A DNA stretch of 64,000 nt, from the NCBI RefSeq assembly GCF_009914755.1, contig NC_060926.1. The stretch is one strand, 5' to 3'. The DNA is from the human T2T-CHM13v2.0 reference genome, Homo sapiens. The notes below the pieces were generated by a model. The model was not told the DNA's origin, made no database searches, and worked only from the letters and a program-made list of their open reading frames with translations. Positions 28,401 through 44,442 of the stretch are shown in pieces; positions within the stretch are counted from its first letter, which is position 1, and the number at the start of each line of letters is the position of its first letter. The translations under genes were made by a program, and so were the position numbers.

Positions 28401-28899
28401 TGCATGACACCAAAAGATGCCTTTAAATTACTTAGCAAAGCCCATGACACATGGTAAGTAATAAATGTTAACAATAGTGACTAGCCCCTCTTTTCTTTAG
28501 AACTTGTTATTTATTCCTCTTTCACTGTGGGATCAAGAAGACTCTGACATTTTACTGAGATTTTGCTCAAAATCTCAATTTACTTGTGTAGGTTGCTAAT
28601 TCTGAGATCTGTTAAATTCAGTGTTGCAAAGTTTCTCATGGGAGGTGGCACTGAATAGGGAGAAGTGGAATACTGATACTTAGAATTAAGACATATAATT
28701 GAATCCAGGTGAAACTGTCAATCGTGAACCCCCAAGTTATTCTGAGACTCCTTTGCAGGAGAACTAGTTTGCTCTCCTATAGCTGAGGAAACTAGTCTTT
28801 TTGTGCTTGAAATTTTGTGAGTAACTCATCTGGGAAAGGCGCCTTGAAAGGGCTGCTCATGTTAACCCATTAAAACCACTCACTGTGGCTACTAAATAC

Positions 28900-30000
<1,101 letters not shown>

Positions 30001-30064
30001 TGATGAATACCCCAAGCTCAGTGTTCCTCAATTTTGATGTATAGCGTTCATATGGGTCCACTGC

Positions 30065-30494
30065 TGACATGGTTTGGATCTGTGTCCCCAAGAAACCTCA
30101 TGTCGAATTGTAGTCCCCAGTGTTGGAGGTGGGGCCTGGTGGGAGGTTATTGGATCATGGGAGTGGTTTCTCACGAATGGTTTAGCCCCATCCTCTTGGT
30201 GCTGTTCTCATGATAGTGAGTTAGTAAGGGAGTTCTTGTGAGATCTGGTTGTTTAAAAGTGTGCAGCACCTCCCCTTCATTCTCTCTTGCTCCTGCTCCT
30301 GCCACGTGAGATGCCTAGCTCCTCCTTTGCTTCCACCATGATTGTAAGTTTTCTGAGGCCTGTCCAGAAGCCAAGCAGATGCCTCCATGCTTCCTGTACA
30401 GTCTGTGGAACTGTGAGCCAATTAAACCTCTTTTCTTTATAAATTACCCAGTCTCAGGTATTTCCTTATAGCAATGCAAGAATGGACTAATACA
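30065..30494 (+). mobile_element. MaLR solo LTR (MSTA/MSTB-like)
   Basis: TGACATGGTTTGGATCTGTGTCCCC ... AATTAAACCTCTTTTCTTTATAAATTACCCAGTCTCAGG ... GGACTAATACA. Confidence 0.9.
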
Positions 30495-30888
30495 ACCTCC
30501 ATGAGATGTAGAGGCATGGAAAACTCATGCAAATATGCTGATGTTTATGCTGCTCGCTGTGTCATGAGTGATAAAATCCTTTGTCTCTGATCCAGTCGTC
30601 CTATGTCTTCTGCTGGCATTCATGAAATTGTAATAGGCTAACTTAGTTCTTACTTGGGGTGAATGGGATGAGATAAAATCAAAGACCCAAGAGAGACCTG
30701 TACACTGAAAAATATTGCTCAGAAATGGGAAAAATTTCAAAATAAATGAAATATAACGTGATTGTGAACTGGGAGACTAGATATTATTAAGATGACCATT
30801 CTCATTTATGGTGTACTGCATGTAACTATGTGTCATTTGATTTGTTAATGAGTAAAATACTGTAGCAAGAATTGGTGGGAATATGAAC

Positions 30889-31267
30889 TGATATGTTTTG
30901 GCTTTGTGTTCCCACGCAAATCTCATCTTGAACTGCAGTTCCCTTAATCCCCATGTGTTGTGGGAGGGACCAAGTGGGACATAATTGAATCATGGAGGTG
31001 GTTACCTCCATGCTGTTCTCGTGATAGTGAGTGAGTTCTCAAGAGTACTGATGGTTTTATAAGGGGCTTTTCCCCCTCTTGCTCAGTACTTCTCCTTGCT
31101 GCTACACCCTGTAAAGAAGGACATGTTTGCTTCCCCTTCCACCATGATTGTAAGTTTCCTGAGGCCTCCTCAGACTTGCTGAACTGTGAGTCAATTAAAC
31201 CTCTTTTCTTTAAAAATTACCCAGTCTTGGGTATGTCTTTATAAGCAGTGCGAGAATGGACTAATAC
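30889..31267 (+). mobile_element. MaLR solo LTR (THE1-like)
   Basis: TGATATGTTTTGGCTTTGTGTTCCCAC..AAATCTCATCTTGAA ... GGACTAATAC. Confidence 0.9.
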
Positions 31268-31269
31268 CT

Positions 31270-34200
31270 GGGCCAATAATGCTGGTGGAAATGTGCAATA
31301 GCATAATTATTTTTAAAAAGAGCTTAGGAATGTCTTAAAAAGTTCAAAGTTAAATGCACACCTACCCTGTGACCCAACTATTACACTCTGAGATATTTAC
31401 CCAAAAGATAGGAGAACATATATGTAAACAAGATGTTGTACACAGATATCCATACAAGCCTTATTTGTAATAACCCCACAATGGAAAATCCAAATATTCA
31501 TCGACAGGTGAATGGATAAGCAATTGTGGTATAGCCATACAATTCAGTATAATTAGCAATAAAAATAATGAACTCTCAATTTCTATAACAACATGGATGA
31601 ATCTCAACATAATTATGCTGAGTGAAGAAGCCAAATGAAAAGGAACACATGCTCTATGATTCCTTTCATATAAAAATTATAGAGGGCTTCTGGTATCTGT
31701 GCCAACATATAAAGAGCTTGGGAAGTTGCCACTTCCATTATTAAAACAAACACACATAAAAAGATAGATAAACTGAAAACCAACAACTTTTCATAGATAC
31801 CTAAGAGAATTGGGGATCACTGGAAATCTGGAGAGACAGACTAGCATATAGAATTACAGTCAAGATCAGCTTACTGGGAGCAGAAGCTGCTGGGACTAGT
31901 AACTAGTAGGATGACTTCAGGGGTAATTTTGATGAATTACTTGACCTAAATGTGGCAGGCATGAGAGTTAGAAACTCTTAGAGAGTTAGTTTTAGGGATA
32001 CCCCCACAATTTAATGGATGTTACGTACAGAAGATCCACCAGGTTCTTATGTTGAAGATCTGAGAAAAATTCCGTCAGGTTCCCAGCAGAAGGAAAAGAA
32101 AAGTAAGCATTTAACAATACATCCAGGGGAAAATTAACCTTATTGAAATACACCAAGAGCATTCTCTGTAACAAAGGTGAACCATGTGAGGGAAACTACT
32201 AGCCAGAATCTTACGTTACTTGGAAAAGGGAAACTTGGTAACTCGAGTCTCCTCTATCTTTGTTTCATATGAAGGAAGAAAAAAAGCTAAAAATGTTTTT
32301 AAAGGTTAAACCCCAGACACTTAAGCCCACTAAAACACTGAAATTTAATCATAAGATTATAGAACCTTTCCCCTACCCAACACCTTACAAAAATATTAAC
32401 AAGGTTCCAGTATAATAACAGTGAATTACAATTGAGATGCAAGATGCAGACTAATTAAGAAGTTTCTAGGGACACCCAAAGGCAAGAGGGGAGAAAACAC
32501 ACAACAAGGAACTAGAGGAAACTGAAGCCTCTGGAACCCCCAACTATGAAAATATTTAACACAGCCTAGCTTCTAGCCAGATTAACATGAAACCTCATAC
32601 AAAAAGCCTGGTTACCTGAGATCCTATGACTCAAGACATTATGTCTGGCTTTCAACAACAAAATGTTTACGATGTGTGCTAAAAGACAAGAGAAAACATA
32701 ATCTGAAGAGACAAAGCAAGCGTTAGAACTAGACTCAGATATGACACAGGTCTTGGAATTATTAGACATGGAATTTAAAATAACTATGCCTATTATGTTA
32801 AGGGCTTTAATGGAAAAGTAAGCAACATGCAAGAATGGAGGGATAATGTAAGCAGAGAGATGAAAACTGAAAGAATCAAAAGAAAATTATAGAAATCAAG
32901 AACACTGTAACAGAAATGAAAATTGCTTTTGATGGACTCATCAGTAGATTGGATATAACCAGGGAAACAATCATTGAGCTTGAAGTTAGGTCAATAGAAA
33001 ATTCCTAAACTGAAAAGCAAAGAAAAGAACATAATAAAAATTCAAAAGAATTGAATATTAATGAATTGCGAGATAATTTCAAGAGGTATAAGATACCATT
33101 TGGTATCCTATACCAAAAGGGAAAGGTGTAAGATACCCTCTGGTATTCTTTTGGAATATCAAAAGGTTAAGAAAGAACAATTACTTGAAGTAAATAATGG
33201 ACTAGAATTTTCCAAATTTAATGACAGACACCAAACCACATGTATAGGTAGCTTAGAGAACACCAAACAGGATAAATACCAAAAAATCTCCTCTGAGGTA
33301 TAGCATATCCAAAACACAGAAAACTGAAAACAGAGAAAATCTTGAAATAAGCCAGAGAATACAAACATCTTACTTATAGAGGAGTCAGGATAGAAAATAC
33401 AACTGTTTTTTCATCAGCAAACATACAAGCAAGTAGTGAGATATTTAAAGTGTTAGTAGAAAAACTCCACCAACCTAGAATAATTTTATATCCAGAAAAA
33501 TTATCCTGCAAGAAAGAGTGAAGGAAAAATAAAAATTTTCTCAGGTTAAAAAAAAGCTGATGAAATTCATTTCCATTAGCCATGCCTTTCAAAAAATGTT
33601 AAAAGAAGTTTTTCAGAGAGAAGGAAGATAGATCAGAAACTTGAAACTACATAAATTAGTGAACAGTGTCAGAAAAGGAATCCATGAAAATAAGATCTTT
33701 TATTTTTCTTATTATTAATTGATCTAAAAGATAATGGTTTGTTCAAAGTAATAATGTAACAGTGTACCAAGTGATTATAGTATGAAAATAAATGTAATGA
33801 ATCACAGCAATATTATCAGGGAATGAGGGAGCATTTCGAAATACAAAGTCATAAGGTATCAACAATACCTGCAAGTCAGTATGTTATTTGAAACTAGTCT
33901 TAAATTAGTTGTAAATGTATATCGCAAACTCTAGGGCAACCACAAAATGTTTTGAAAAATAAATATAATTTATATGGAAAGAAAAGAGAGAAAGTAAGAT
34001 TATAAAATGCTCCCATTAAAACCAGAGAAGGGCCAGGCATAGTGGCACATGCCTGTAGTCCCAGCTACTCGGGAGGCAGAGGTGGGAGGATCATTCGAGC
34101 TCAGGAATGGGAGGCACAGGGAGCTATAATTGCTGACTGCACCTCAGCCTGGGCAATGCAGTGAGACCCTGTCTCAAAACCAAACAAATGAACAGAAACA

Positions 34201-35190
34201 AAACAGAGAAGGCTGGATAAGAGCGGAAGATTAAAGAAACAAGGAACAGTGCAACAAGTAGAAGACAGTAACAGATATGGTAGGTATTCATTCCACTATA
34301 TGAATAATCACTTTAAATGTGATTGGTCTAAATATGCCAATTAAAAGAGAGACTGTCAGAGTGGATTAAGAAACAGGATGCAACTATATGCTGTATACAC
34401 AAAAGCCACTTTAAATATAAAACATATTAAAAATAAAAGGCTAGGGAAAATTATATCATATTGACACTAATCAGAAGAAAACTGGAGTAGCCATATTAAG
34501 TTCAGACAAGACGTATTTCAAAACAAAAAAAGAATAATGGGTAGAAAAGAGTACTGCATAACGATGAAAGGGTCAATTCTCCAAGAAGACCTAACAACCT
34601 TATTGTGTATGAACCTAACAAAGTACTTGAGGCAAAAACTAATAAGATTTCAAAGAGATGTAGACAAATCCACGATTACAGTTGCAGACTTTAACACCTC
34701 TCTATCAGTAATTTATAGATAAGATACCATCTTACATCTGGGTTTAATTGACATTTGTGAAATACTTTAACATCAGCAGAATACCCCTTTGTCTCAAGCT
34801 CAAATTGACCTTCACAAAGGTCAAAGACCACATTCTGGGCCATAAAATACGTTTTAACAAGTTTAAAAGAATAGAAACAATAAAAACTATACTTTCAGAT
34901 CACAGTGAAACTAGCAATCAGTAACAGAAAATAGCTTGAAAACACTCAAATATCTGGATATTAAACAATACGCTTATAAATCGCACCTAGCTTAAAGAAG
35001 ACTCAAGAACAATTTGAAAATATTTGAAACAAACTACAAATGAAAATGTAACTTATCAAAATTTGTGAGATGCAACAAAAATGCTGCGTAGAGGGAAATT
35101 TATAGTATTAAATGTATATATTAGAAAGAAATTTTAAAATCGGTAATTTATGCTGCCATCTTAAGAACTAAGAGGAAGAACAATTTTAAT
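31270..35190 (+). mobile_element. Old L1M fragments (a 3' UTR piece, then 5' region/ORF1/ORF2 endonuclease)
   Basis: ORF1-like GATGGACTCATCAGTAGATTGG and endonuclease-like TAAATGTGATTGGTCTAAATATGCCAATTAAAAGA, GACTTTAACACCTCTCT, GACCACATTCTGGGCCATAAA. Confidence 0.85.
34031..34203 (+). mobile_element. Alu monomer (FRAM/FAM-like) inside the L1
   Basis: Single right-arm-like monomer; TSD-like AAAC(C)AGAGAAGG. Confidence 0.8.
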
Positions 35191-35199
35191 TACTTTGCT

Positions 35200-37900
35200 T
35201 AGAATCAGATCTCTGACCTATATCATATTCTTTCTTTCTGAAGAAATTCTTTTAGCGTTTCTTATAGAGCAGATCTTCTGACAATAATCTCCCTTTGTTT
35301 ATGTTATATAACTAGGCTTGATTTCTCCTTCAGTTTTGAAGTGTACAGAATTCTAGATTGACAAGTGTTTTATTTTTTCCTTTAGCCCTTAAAATATTTC
35401 GCTTATTGTCTTCATCCTTATATGTTTTCTGATGAGAAATCTGCTGTAATTGTTGCCCTTATTCCGAAAGCAATTTGTCTTTTTTGCCTTTGACTGTCTT
35501 TAAGGTTTTATTTTTGTCTTTGACTTTCAGCATTTTGAATATGAGATGCTTACATGTGTTTGTTTTCTATTTGGGCATTAATCCTACTTGGTATTCTCTG
35601 CATTTCCTGTCTCTGTCATTTGATGTCTATCTATAATTCGGGAGTATTCTCAGCCATTGTATCTTCAAATATTTCTTCTTTCCCATTTTCTTTATCTTCT
35701 AATTCTAGAACTCTAGCAACACATTGGTTAGACCATTTGCTGTTGCCCAACAGATGTTGGATAGTGTATTCTTTTTTTCCTTTGTCCCCTCACTCTTTTT
35801 TCTTTATGTTTTTTTTTTGTTTAGATAATTTCTATTGATCTGTGTTTACGTTCACCAATTCTTTCCTTGGCTGTGTTTAGTCTGATGATAAAACTGTGAA
35901 AGACAATCTTCATCTCTGTTACTTTGTTTTAATATCTGGAATTTACATTTGAATCTTTCTTAGAGTTTTTATCTCTCTGTTGAAGATACCTATCTGGTCT
36001 TGCATGTTGTTTAACTTTTCCATTATAATCTTTAACATATTAGTTATAGTTATTTTAAGGTGATTGTGTGATAGCTTCAACATAGGAGTCATATCTGGGT
36101 TTGCTTGTAATAATTCCTTTGTCTCTCAGACCCTTCTCTCCCTCTCTTTCCAACATTATTAAGATATAATTCACATACCATGTGATTCACCTACTTAACA
36201 CATACAATTTAATGGCTTTTGATATATTTATGAAGTTGTGCAACTATCACCACAATTTTAGAATGTTTTAATCCCTGCCCCCCAAAATACCTATATATTT
36301 TAGGCATTACCCTCCAAACCTCCAGTCCCTCTCAGCCCTAGACAACAGCTAATAAACTTTCTGTCTCTATATATTTATCTGTTCTGTATATTTCATATAA
36401 ATGGAATTATACAATAGATATTACTTTGTGACTGGGTCCTTCAGCATGATTTCAGGGTTCATCCAGGTTGTAGCATGGATTCCCAATAACGTTCCACTTA
36501 TGGATATACCACATTTTATTTATATATTCATCAGTTGATGGGCATTGGGATTGGTTCTAATTTTGGGATATTATGAATAATGCTGCTATGAACATTTGTG
36601 TATAAGTTTTGATGGTAACATATGTTTTTATTTCTCTTGCCATAGAATTAGTGGGTTGATGGTACCTCTATGTTTAAACTTTGGAGAAACTCAAACTGTT
36701 TTCCATAGTGACTACACCAATTTACACTCTCACCAGCAGTGTATGAGAGTTCTAATTTCTCCACATTTCACCAATACTTTTCATTTTCTGTAATTGGATT
36801 ATAGCACATTCTAGTGGATGCGAGGTAGTATCTCACTATGGTTTTGATTTACATTTCTCTGATGGCTAATGATATTAAGCATTTCTCATGTGTTTATCGG
36901 CCATTTGTATATCTTGTTGGGAGAAATACCAGTGTAGATAATTTTCCTGTTTTTTAATTGCGATTTTTTTTAAATTATTGAGTTGTAAGAGTTCTTTATA
37001 TGGTCTAAATACAATTCCCTTATCAGATATGTAATTTCAAAATGTTTTCTTCAGTTTTGTGAGTTATCTTTTATTGATATCAATGTCCTTTGATGCACAA
37101 ATGTTTTTAATTTTGATAATGTCCAGTTTATCTATATTTTGTTACTTATGCTTTTGCTGTGATATCTAAGGAAACATTGCCTAACCCATGACAATGAAGA
37201 TTTGTTTGTAATTTTTCCTAAGAGTTTTATACTTTTAGCACTTAAATTTAGGTCTCTGATCCCCTCTGAGTTACTTATTTTTTTTTTCTCCAAGATGGAG
37301 TCTCGCTCTCTCACCCAGGCTGGAGTGCAATGGCGCGATCGTGGCTCACTGAACCCCTCCCGGGTTCAAGCAATTCTCTTGCCTCAGCCTCTCGAGTAGC
37401 TGGGATTACAGGCAGCCACCACCACACCCGGCTAATTTTTGTATTTTTAGTAGAGATGGGATTTCACCATGTTGGCCAGGCTGGTCTCGAACTCCTGAAC
37501 TTATGATTCGCCCGTCTCGGCCTCCCAAAGTGCTGAGATTACAGGTGTGAGCCACCATGCCTGGTGTTAATTTTTGTATATTTTTTGATGGAGGGAAGAA
37601 CACAGACTCTTGCTGTTCTTACTGAATTTTAAAATATTTTCTTTAACGAATGTTTTACAATTTGCTTTATGCCTTTAGGACAAATTACTTAGACTTTAAA
37701 TGATTGGATATCTTAAATGGTTTTCATCAGTTATACTTGTTCTACTGGGGAGTGGGTCATGGAGTTCCTCACACGGTCACCCTGGGAGTGAAACTCGGAC
37801 TGTTTTTATTTTTTCCTTTTTTTGGTATATTCTGTAGTATTTTGTTGAAAGCTTAACATGATGCATAGGACGGTACATAGTGAGATGTATACATATTTTC
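35200..37900 (-). mobile_element. Antisense L1M fragments (ORF1/5' region plus an inserted L1MB-type 3' end, ~36150-37275)
   Basis: TTCTGATGAGAAATCTGCTGT; ATGCTGCTATGAACATT; TTTACACTCTCACCAGCAGTGTATGAG. Confidence 0.8.
37278..37564 (-). mobile_element. AluS-like element
   Basis: Full antisense Alu. Confidence 0.93.
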
Positions 37901-39899
37901 AGTTGGAGATGAGTCCTTCCTTTCTGCTGGTCCTTCCTTTCTGCTGGTTCTTCAGTGTAAGGGTGTGTGTTTATCCAGTCTCCCTGGACATTGTCTTTGC
38001 CAGGGAAAGTGTCATCATCTGTATAGTCTCAGTTATGACAGGTGTAGAAGATAATACAGACCCAACTAATTCTATGCCTTTGAGTACTGTTTTAAATATA
38101 GGCATGATCACTATCTCAATATTAATGAGCAAGGAACATGCATATTAAACTCATGTCTAGTCCAGGATGATACTGACATCCAAATTGTTGAATATGGTGG
38201 CAGAGGTCATGACAACAGGAGCCTCTGCACAGTAGTTAGTCAGGTAGGTATATAGTAGGTAGAAAAGTGGTCTTCCCATGTTTAGTTGAGATGCCATGTA
38301 ACCATGAAATGTAGAGCCTATGGGAAAATAAAAAAAACAACAACAGGATCTTTAAAGGAAAAAAATGAGAGAGAGCTAGATAGGCTGCTAAGTGAGTCCA
38401 GAGGGTCTTGTATAGACAGATTTGTCTGTGACAGAGTTCTGGTGGTTTTAAACATCTTAAATATCTGACACTGCTATTATTAGGCATTTCAGTAACTATT
38501 CTTTGTTCGAATAATATGAATCTTCAAGAGCTGTTGAGATGGAAAATGCATTTGTCAGAACAGGCTACCTCCTCTGCTGCCTTTATAAATCAACCCTTAA
38601 AACCTCAGTGATATAAGACAGAAAGTGTGTGTGTGTGTTTTTTTTTCCTTCTTGCTCATGTAACACTACGAAGGTCAGGCAACTCCCCCAGGTAGCTTTT
38701 TTCCCTATGGTGACTTAGAGGCCCATGCCCCTTCCATTTCGTAGCTCTCGTATCTTCAAGGTTGCCTTCAGAGGCAAAGTGAGAGATGGATAAGCCCCAT
38801 TCATTCTTGAAATCCTTGGATTGGGAGTAACTTTCCGTGTAGGCACAAACAACCAAAATCCAGAAGTGCAGCTCCAATCTAATGCCAAGGAAAATGGGAA
38901 ATCCATGGACACTGATAGTCTGCCACAGACAGTTCATCTGCCCCGCAATGAAATGCCCTTGATCAGCTGGTTCTCTTGGCTCTGGGTCTATCTAGTCCTG
39001 TGAGTGGCCCTCTCACTGCTGCTGTCATTGGTCCTACTGCTCCTAACCTGTTGCTCTGTCCTATGTATAATTCTAAGTCAATTTGATAAAGCGTATGTTT
39101 TGGTCTAAAGATAATTTAGACATACTCGGGTTAGAATGAGAAAAGGCACAAAATAACTTTTTAATAGATTATCTGCAATGTGGTGGGTCCTATGCTGGGC
39201 ACTTTACTAAAGTTATCTTTTGTTAATTGCTTGAATTCTATTTTTTAGTCTAGGCTGGATTTAACTATGACTAAAATAAACAAAACAGAGTCCTTAATTG
39301 CATTTCACCTCAGTTTTCCTGATGTAAGATATTAGCAATGTCAAGAAAGAAGCATTACAAGTGTTGTGACCTCCTAAGTTAAAAGGGTATTTTCTTCTCG
39401 TCTTTTTCTCTGTCTTTTCTTTTTTATTCTGAGTTCTCAAATTAAGCTGATAACATAAAAATGACATTATCTGAGAAAAATTTACATAAATTCTAACCCA
39501 GCCCTCTTTTTACTCTTTCATTAAGATTGATCTTAAATTATTTCTCCAGTTATCGAAGCTTTGATTCTCCACCACTCTTAGAGCTTTGGAAAAGAAGAAT
39601 GTAATTTCAAGACGTCTGCAAGTTCAAGGATAACTCTAAAATAAATAATGTATGACACAGATCCAAGATTACTGGAGGAATTTATCACAATAAATGGATT
39701 TATGCATTTTAAATGCATTTTAAAGAGATAAATTTAGTACCCTAAAATTGGACATATTTCCAAGAATTAAAACTTTATATTCTTACTTATCTCACTTTGG
39801 TTTACAATGTAAAATCCTGAACCTATTTTCTAAAAAGTAGAAGAACACTTTAGCTTTAAAAATATAATATTATTTCTAATAATATTAGTAGCATATAAA

Positions 39900-40290
39900 A
39901 CAGTAAAATATCAGATAGTAATAAGGAATGAAGTAGTGACACATTCTACAACATGAATGAACTGGGGAAAATATTATGCTAACTGAAAGAAGCTCATCAT
40001 AAAAGACCACATATTGAGTGTCCTCTATATATTCCATTTAGATGAAATACATGGAATAGGCAAATACCTAGAAACAGAAGCTAGATTAGTGGTTGCCCGG
40101 ACCTGAGGGTGAATTGGGAATGAGGAGTGACTGCAAATAGGCAATTTCTTACTGGGAAAGATGAAAACGTTCTGAAATTAGATTATGGTGATGGCCACGA
40201 AACTCTGTAAATATACTAAAAATCATTGACTTCTATACTTTGATCAGGATAATTTTATGGTATATTAGTTATATCTTAATAAAGGTGCCT
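39900..40290 (+). mobile_element. L1MB-type 3' end
   Basis: ACAACATGAATGAAC...ATTATGCTAACTGAAAGAAGC...AGATTAGTGGTTGCC...TTATATCTTAATAAAG. Confidence 0.85.
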
Positions 40291-41719
40291 TAGAGAAAAC
40301 TTTGAACCAATCATCTGGTGTGAAACAATTTGGAATCATAAAAGTACATAATTATGTACAAAAGAGCATTTATAATATATATACCTGTACATATTTCACA
40401 TGGAATTAATTTCATCCTGTTCAAGAAAAGATCATTTTCCCTTTGTATGACAATATAAAGTTTCAAACACAAACTGCCTCTGTAAAATTTCAAAATTAAT
40501 TATAATTTTTATGTAAAAAATACAAATATTTGCTTCCATCCTGTACAAAAAAAATTAGATGTATGTTTATATGAATAATACAAGGAATGAAAAACATACT
40601 TCAAAATGTTTCTGGTGATTACGTCTAGGTGGTAAGATTGCCCTTTGTTTTCTTTCTTTGCATATTTTTCAGTTTTCTATCTGGCGATCATATTAATTAA
40701 TTTATAATAAATAAATGTTTTTTTTTAAATGAAGCAGGAAAAGATGGCTGCCTAATACCTCAATAATGAAAAAAAAGCATTTTTTTGCTTAAGTAGTATG
40801 CTACTTGCACAGATTCACTTTCGCTTCCCCAATGTTCCATTTTCTGGTTTGAACTCTGATGCAGTTGCTTTCTGCTTATTGGTCTGCTAGTGAAAGCAGA
40901 TTAAGCATTTCTGCTATCAAATTTTAAAAATTCAGTGTTTAAAAAAAAGTGGCATAACAGAAGTTTTGCTAGACCTTCCCAGAACTTTATCATTGTATAA
41001 TGTATGAGATTTGAAAACTGAAATAGACCAGCTTGTATGTGCCTCCCATGGTTGTAAGTAGGACCATTATTCCTATACCTGTTTTTTGCCGATGTTGCTT
41101 CTGTCCTAAGGAAATTCTGCCATCTGAGTCTTCCTTAAAGCAAACGTACACCTTCCCAGAATCATCTTTTATTTCCTCCTTTTGTCCATCTCCCTGATTG
41201 GCCATAATAGGGCATTCTTCCAAATGTCAGACAGTCAAAACCTTATGAAGGTCTTTCCGGGTATTCAATGGGTGAATGAATAAGAACTTGAACACATTTG
41301 GAGTCTGCTACTGGGATGAGTGTCACTTCAGCTCATTCTCTCTCAGACTCTGCAGAAATCAGTTTTGTGATGATTGCATAGAACAGTGGTTTCCAACCTG
41401 TTTGGAAACAGTGGTTTGGCAACCTCTGCATGTATTTTTTATTGTGCCTACCTGGGTGAGGTGTGATTGTCCTTTTTACCCACCCACTGTGTTCACAGTG
41501 ATGTATGAGTCCGCTAGGACTGCCACAACAAAATACTACAGACTAGGTGGCTTAAAAACAGACATTTTCTCATAGTTCTGAAAGCTGGAAGTCCAGATCA
41601 GGGTGCAAGCAGGGTTGGTTTCTGGTAAGGCCTGCCCTGCTGGGTTGCATATAGCCGCCTTCTTGCTGTGGCCTCATTTAGCTGCTTCACTGTGCATGCT
41701 CAGAGATTTCTCTGGTTTT

Positions 41720-42352
41720 GAAGCCACGTTGTTGTCTGAGGTAGTACCCAAGGTTCATTGCCTCATGCCAAGAAAGTTAAGGACATGGACATACAAGGAG
41801 TGAGTTTAGGAGCAGAGGTTTAATAGGCGCAAGAAAGAGAAAGGAGAATAGCTCTCTCTCGTGAGAGAGAGGGTTGCCCGAGTGGGTCTTCCGGCCCACT
41901 ACGGAGTTCACCGGATTTTATAGACAGGCTTGAGGAGGCGGTGTCTGATTGGCATAGGGCACACAGATTGAGTGGACCAGGTATGACGTTTACATAGTGC
42001 ACGGGGAAGCTGGCCACCCCACCCTTTTCTTATTATGCAAATAAGCTTTCACTTGGCCTGGGCTGTGTCATCTGCTGCCTACTGCAAATGTGGTTGGAAA
42101 GGAGAAGGAAAGATGGAGCCGCCATTTTGAACATGCATAGTCCTAGGTGGCCCTTTCCTATTGGCACAGCTGCTGGCTTTCTTCCATGCAAGCTTCCAGC
42201 CTGCCCTTCTATGTCTGCAGCTTGATTTTACAGGCTACTCTTTGTTAGCAAAGAAAATGATTTTGGGGCTGCTTTTCATTAAAAGGAAAACCTTACCAAG
42301 GACTTTCCTACCCTCACTATCTGCTACATAACTTCTTCTTAACTCCTGTATC
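41720..42352 (-). mobile_element. ERV1-class solo LTR (MER50/MER51-like; subfamily uncertain)
   Basis: Minus strand begins .GATACAGGAGTTAAGAAGAAG...GCAGATAGTGAGGGTA; CpG-retaining; polyA-like ATTAAA on the minus strand near 41820. Confidence 0.7.
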
Positions 42353-42361
42353 GTTATGTCC

Positions 42362-42693
<332 letters not shown>

Positions 42694-44156
42694 TGATCTC
42701 ATTTAACCATAATTGCCCACTTATAGGTTCTGTCTCCAAATACAGCCCCACGGGGATTAGGGCAACATACGAATTTTAGAGGGACAGGATTTAGTCCATA
42801 GACAGTGCTTAGGGCAAAAAGCCCTGCCATAAAGAGATTCAGAGTTGTCTCAATTTCCTCATCAATAAAATGAGAGCAATCCTGATGCTTATTGCAGTGG
42901 ATGATTGTGGAGAGCAAAAGAGCTGACAAACCTCAAGCACTTAGAACAGAGCTGGAGACAGTGTGAGAGCTACCTAAGTGTTGGGCATTGTTACTTTGTT
43001 ACCTTTGACATTTTTGTTATTTAGTTGTTGTGTCATTTGGGTATCATGATATGCTCTAATTTTTAAGTGCTTACCCCATACCACATATGTATAATAATTA
43101 AGCAGAATTTAAAGGACCTGGCTGAGCAGAACGTGAGGAGAGAGCTGTGGAGCCGTCTATGTAGAATCTGTGGCAGCACCTTCAGCAGGCCTGGGACAGT
43201 GGCCTCTGCCTGGACCACTTCTGACTATTTTACAGTGATGCAACAGCAAGGGCTGTTTCCTCTTGGAGACATGGTGGCACTCTGGTTACAGCAACGTGTC
43301 TCCTTGCATTTCACTCTCTTTCTCACTGATTAGGTTGTCTTTCCTTTGGGCCATATGACCTGAACTTGCTGGGTCATTAGAGCCTCTTACAAGCACCTCG
43401 TCTGGAAAGTCAGTTGGAAAGGAGTTTGCAAGTCCATTACATGTTTCCTGATAAAGAAGGAACTAGTAACATACCCCAGAGACAAAGATAAATCAGAATT
43501 TTTCTTTCTCTAAATTAAGACTCAAGTCATTGCACAAAAGAAATGTGCAGAGCACTTTTATAACTGAAGGACAGAAGAGGAGAACCTTTTCATTCACACA
43601 GCTTCTGGCTTATGAAATGTAATATGCAAGCTTAGAAAGAATTATTTTAACTCTAAACGAATGAGGAAATTAAATTGAAATTACAATAGTTTAAAATGTA
43701 TATTTGTTTATAAAATAGATCTATCTCTGTAAGTTACATCATTTTGATTTCTAAAATTCCCCAAATTCTGTATTAAATGATTTCACTCTTTGGTCCCCAG
43801 TTTTGCTTATGAAATGTTTTACTGTGTGCTTATTGCATTTGAAGGCAGGATTTTAACAAATGAGTTTTAAGCTTCCCCCCCCCACTGCCTTCAAGAGTTA
43901 CTATACTTAAATGTATTAATAGAATCCTTTGTGAAATAGAGGCTGGAGCTACATAGCAAACCCTTTTGCAGAGGGAAGGGTATTTTTGTTATAAAGCCCC
44001 CTTGGTGTGAATTACTTGTATAGGTGACTCTCAATTTAAATAAGCATAAACTGCCTAAATTAATGAGGTGAATGAGCTTATGGATCTTGCTGTAGTCATG
44101 TTCAGTGTAAACTATTCATTGGGGTCTAGATGCTTAGATGAACTCATCTTAGTTAA

Positions 44157-44363
<207 letters not shown>

Positions 44364-44423
44364 TGATAGATAAAAATTCCCAACAACTGACTGTAATGTT
44401 CGTTGGAATGCAAATTTTGCCTA

Positions 44424-44442
44424 TGGCCAGCAGGTGGCAGTA
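44424..44442 (+). promoter_or_regulatory. Strong CTCF consensus motif
   Basis: TGGCCAGCAGGTGGCAGTA fits TGGCCASYAGRKGGCRSYA. Confidence 0.6.
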
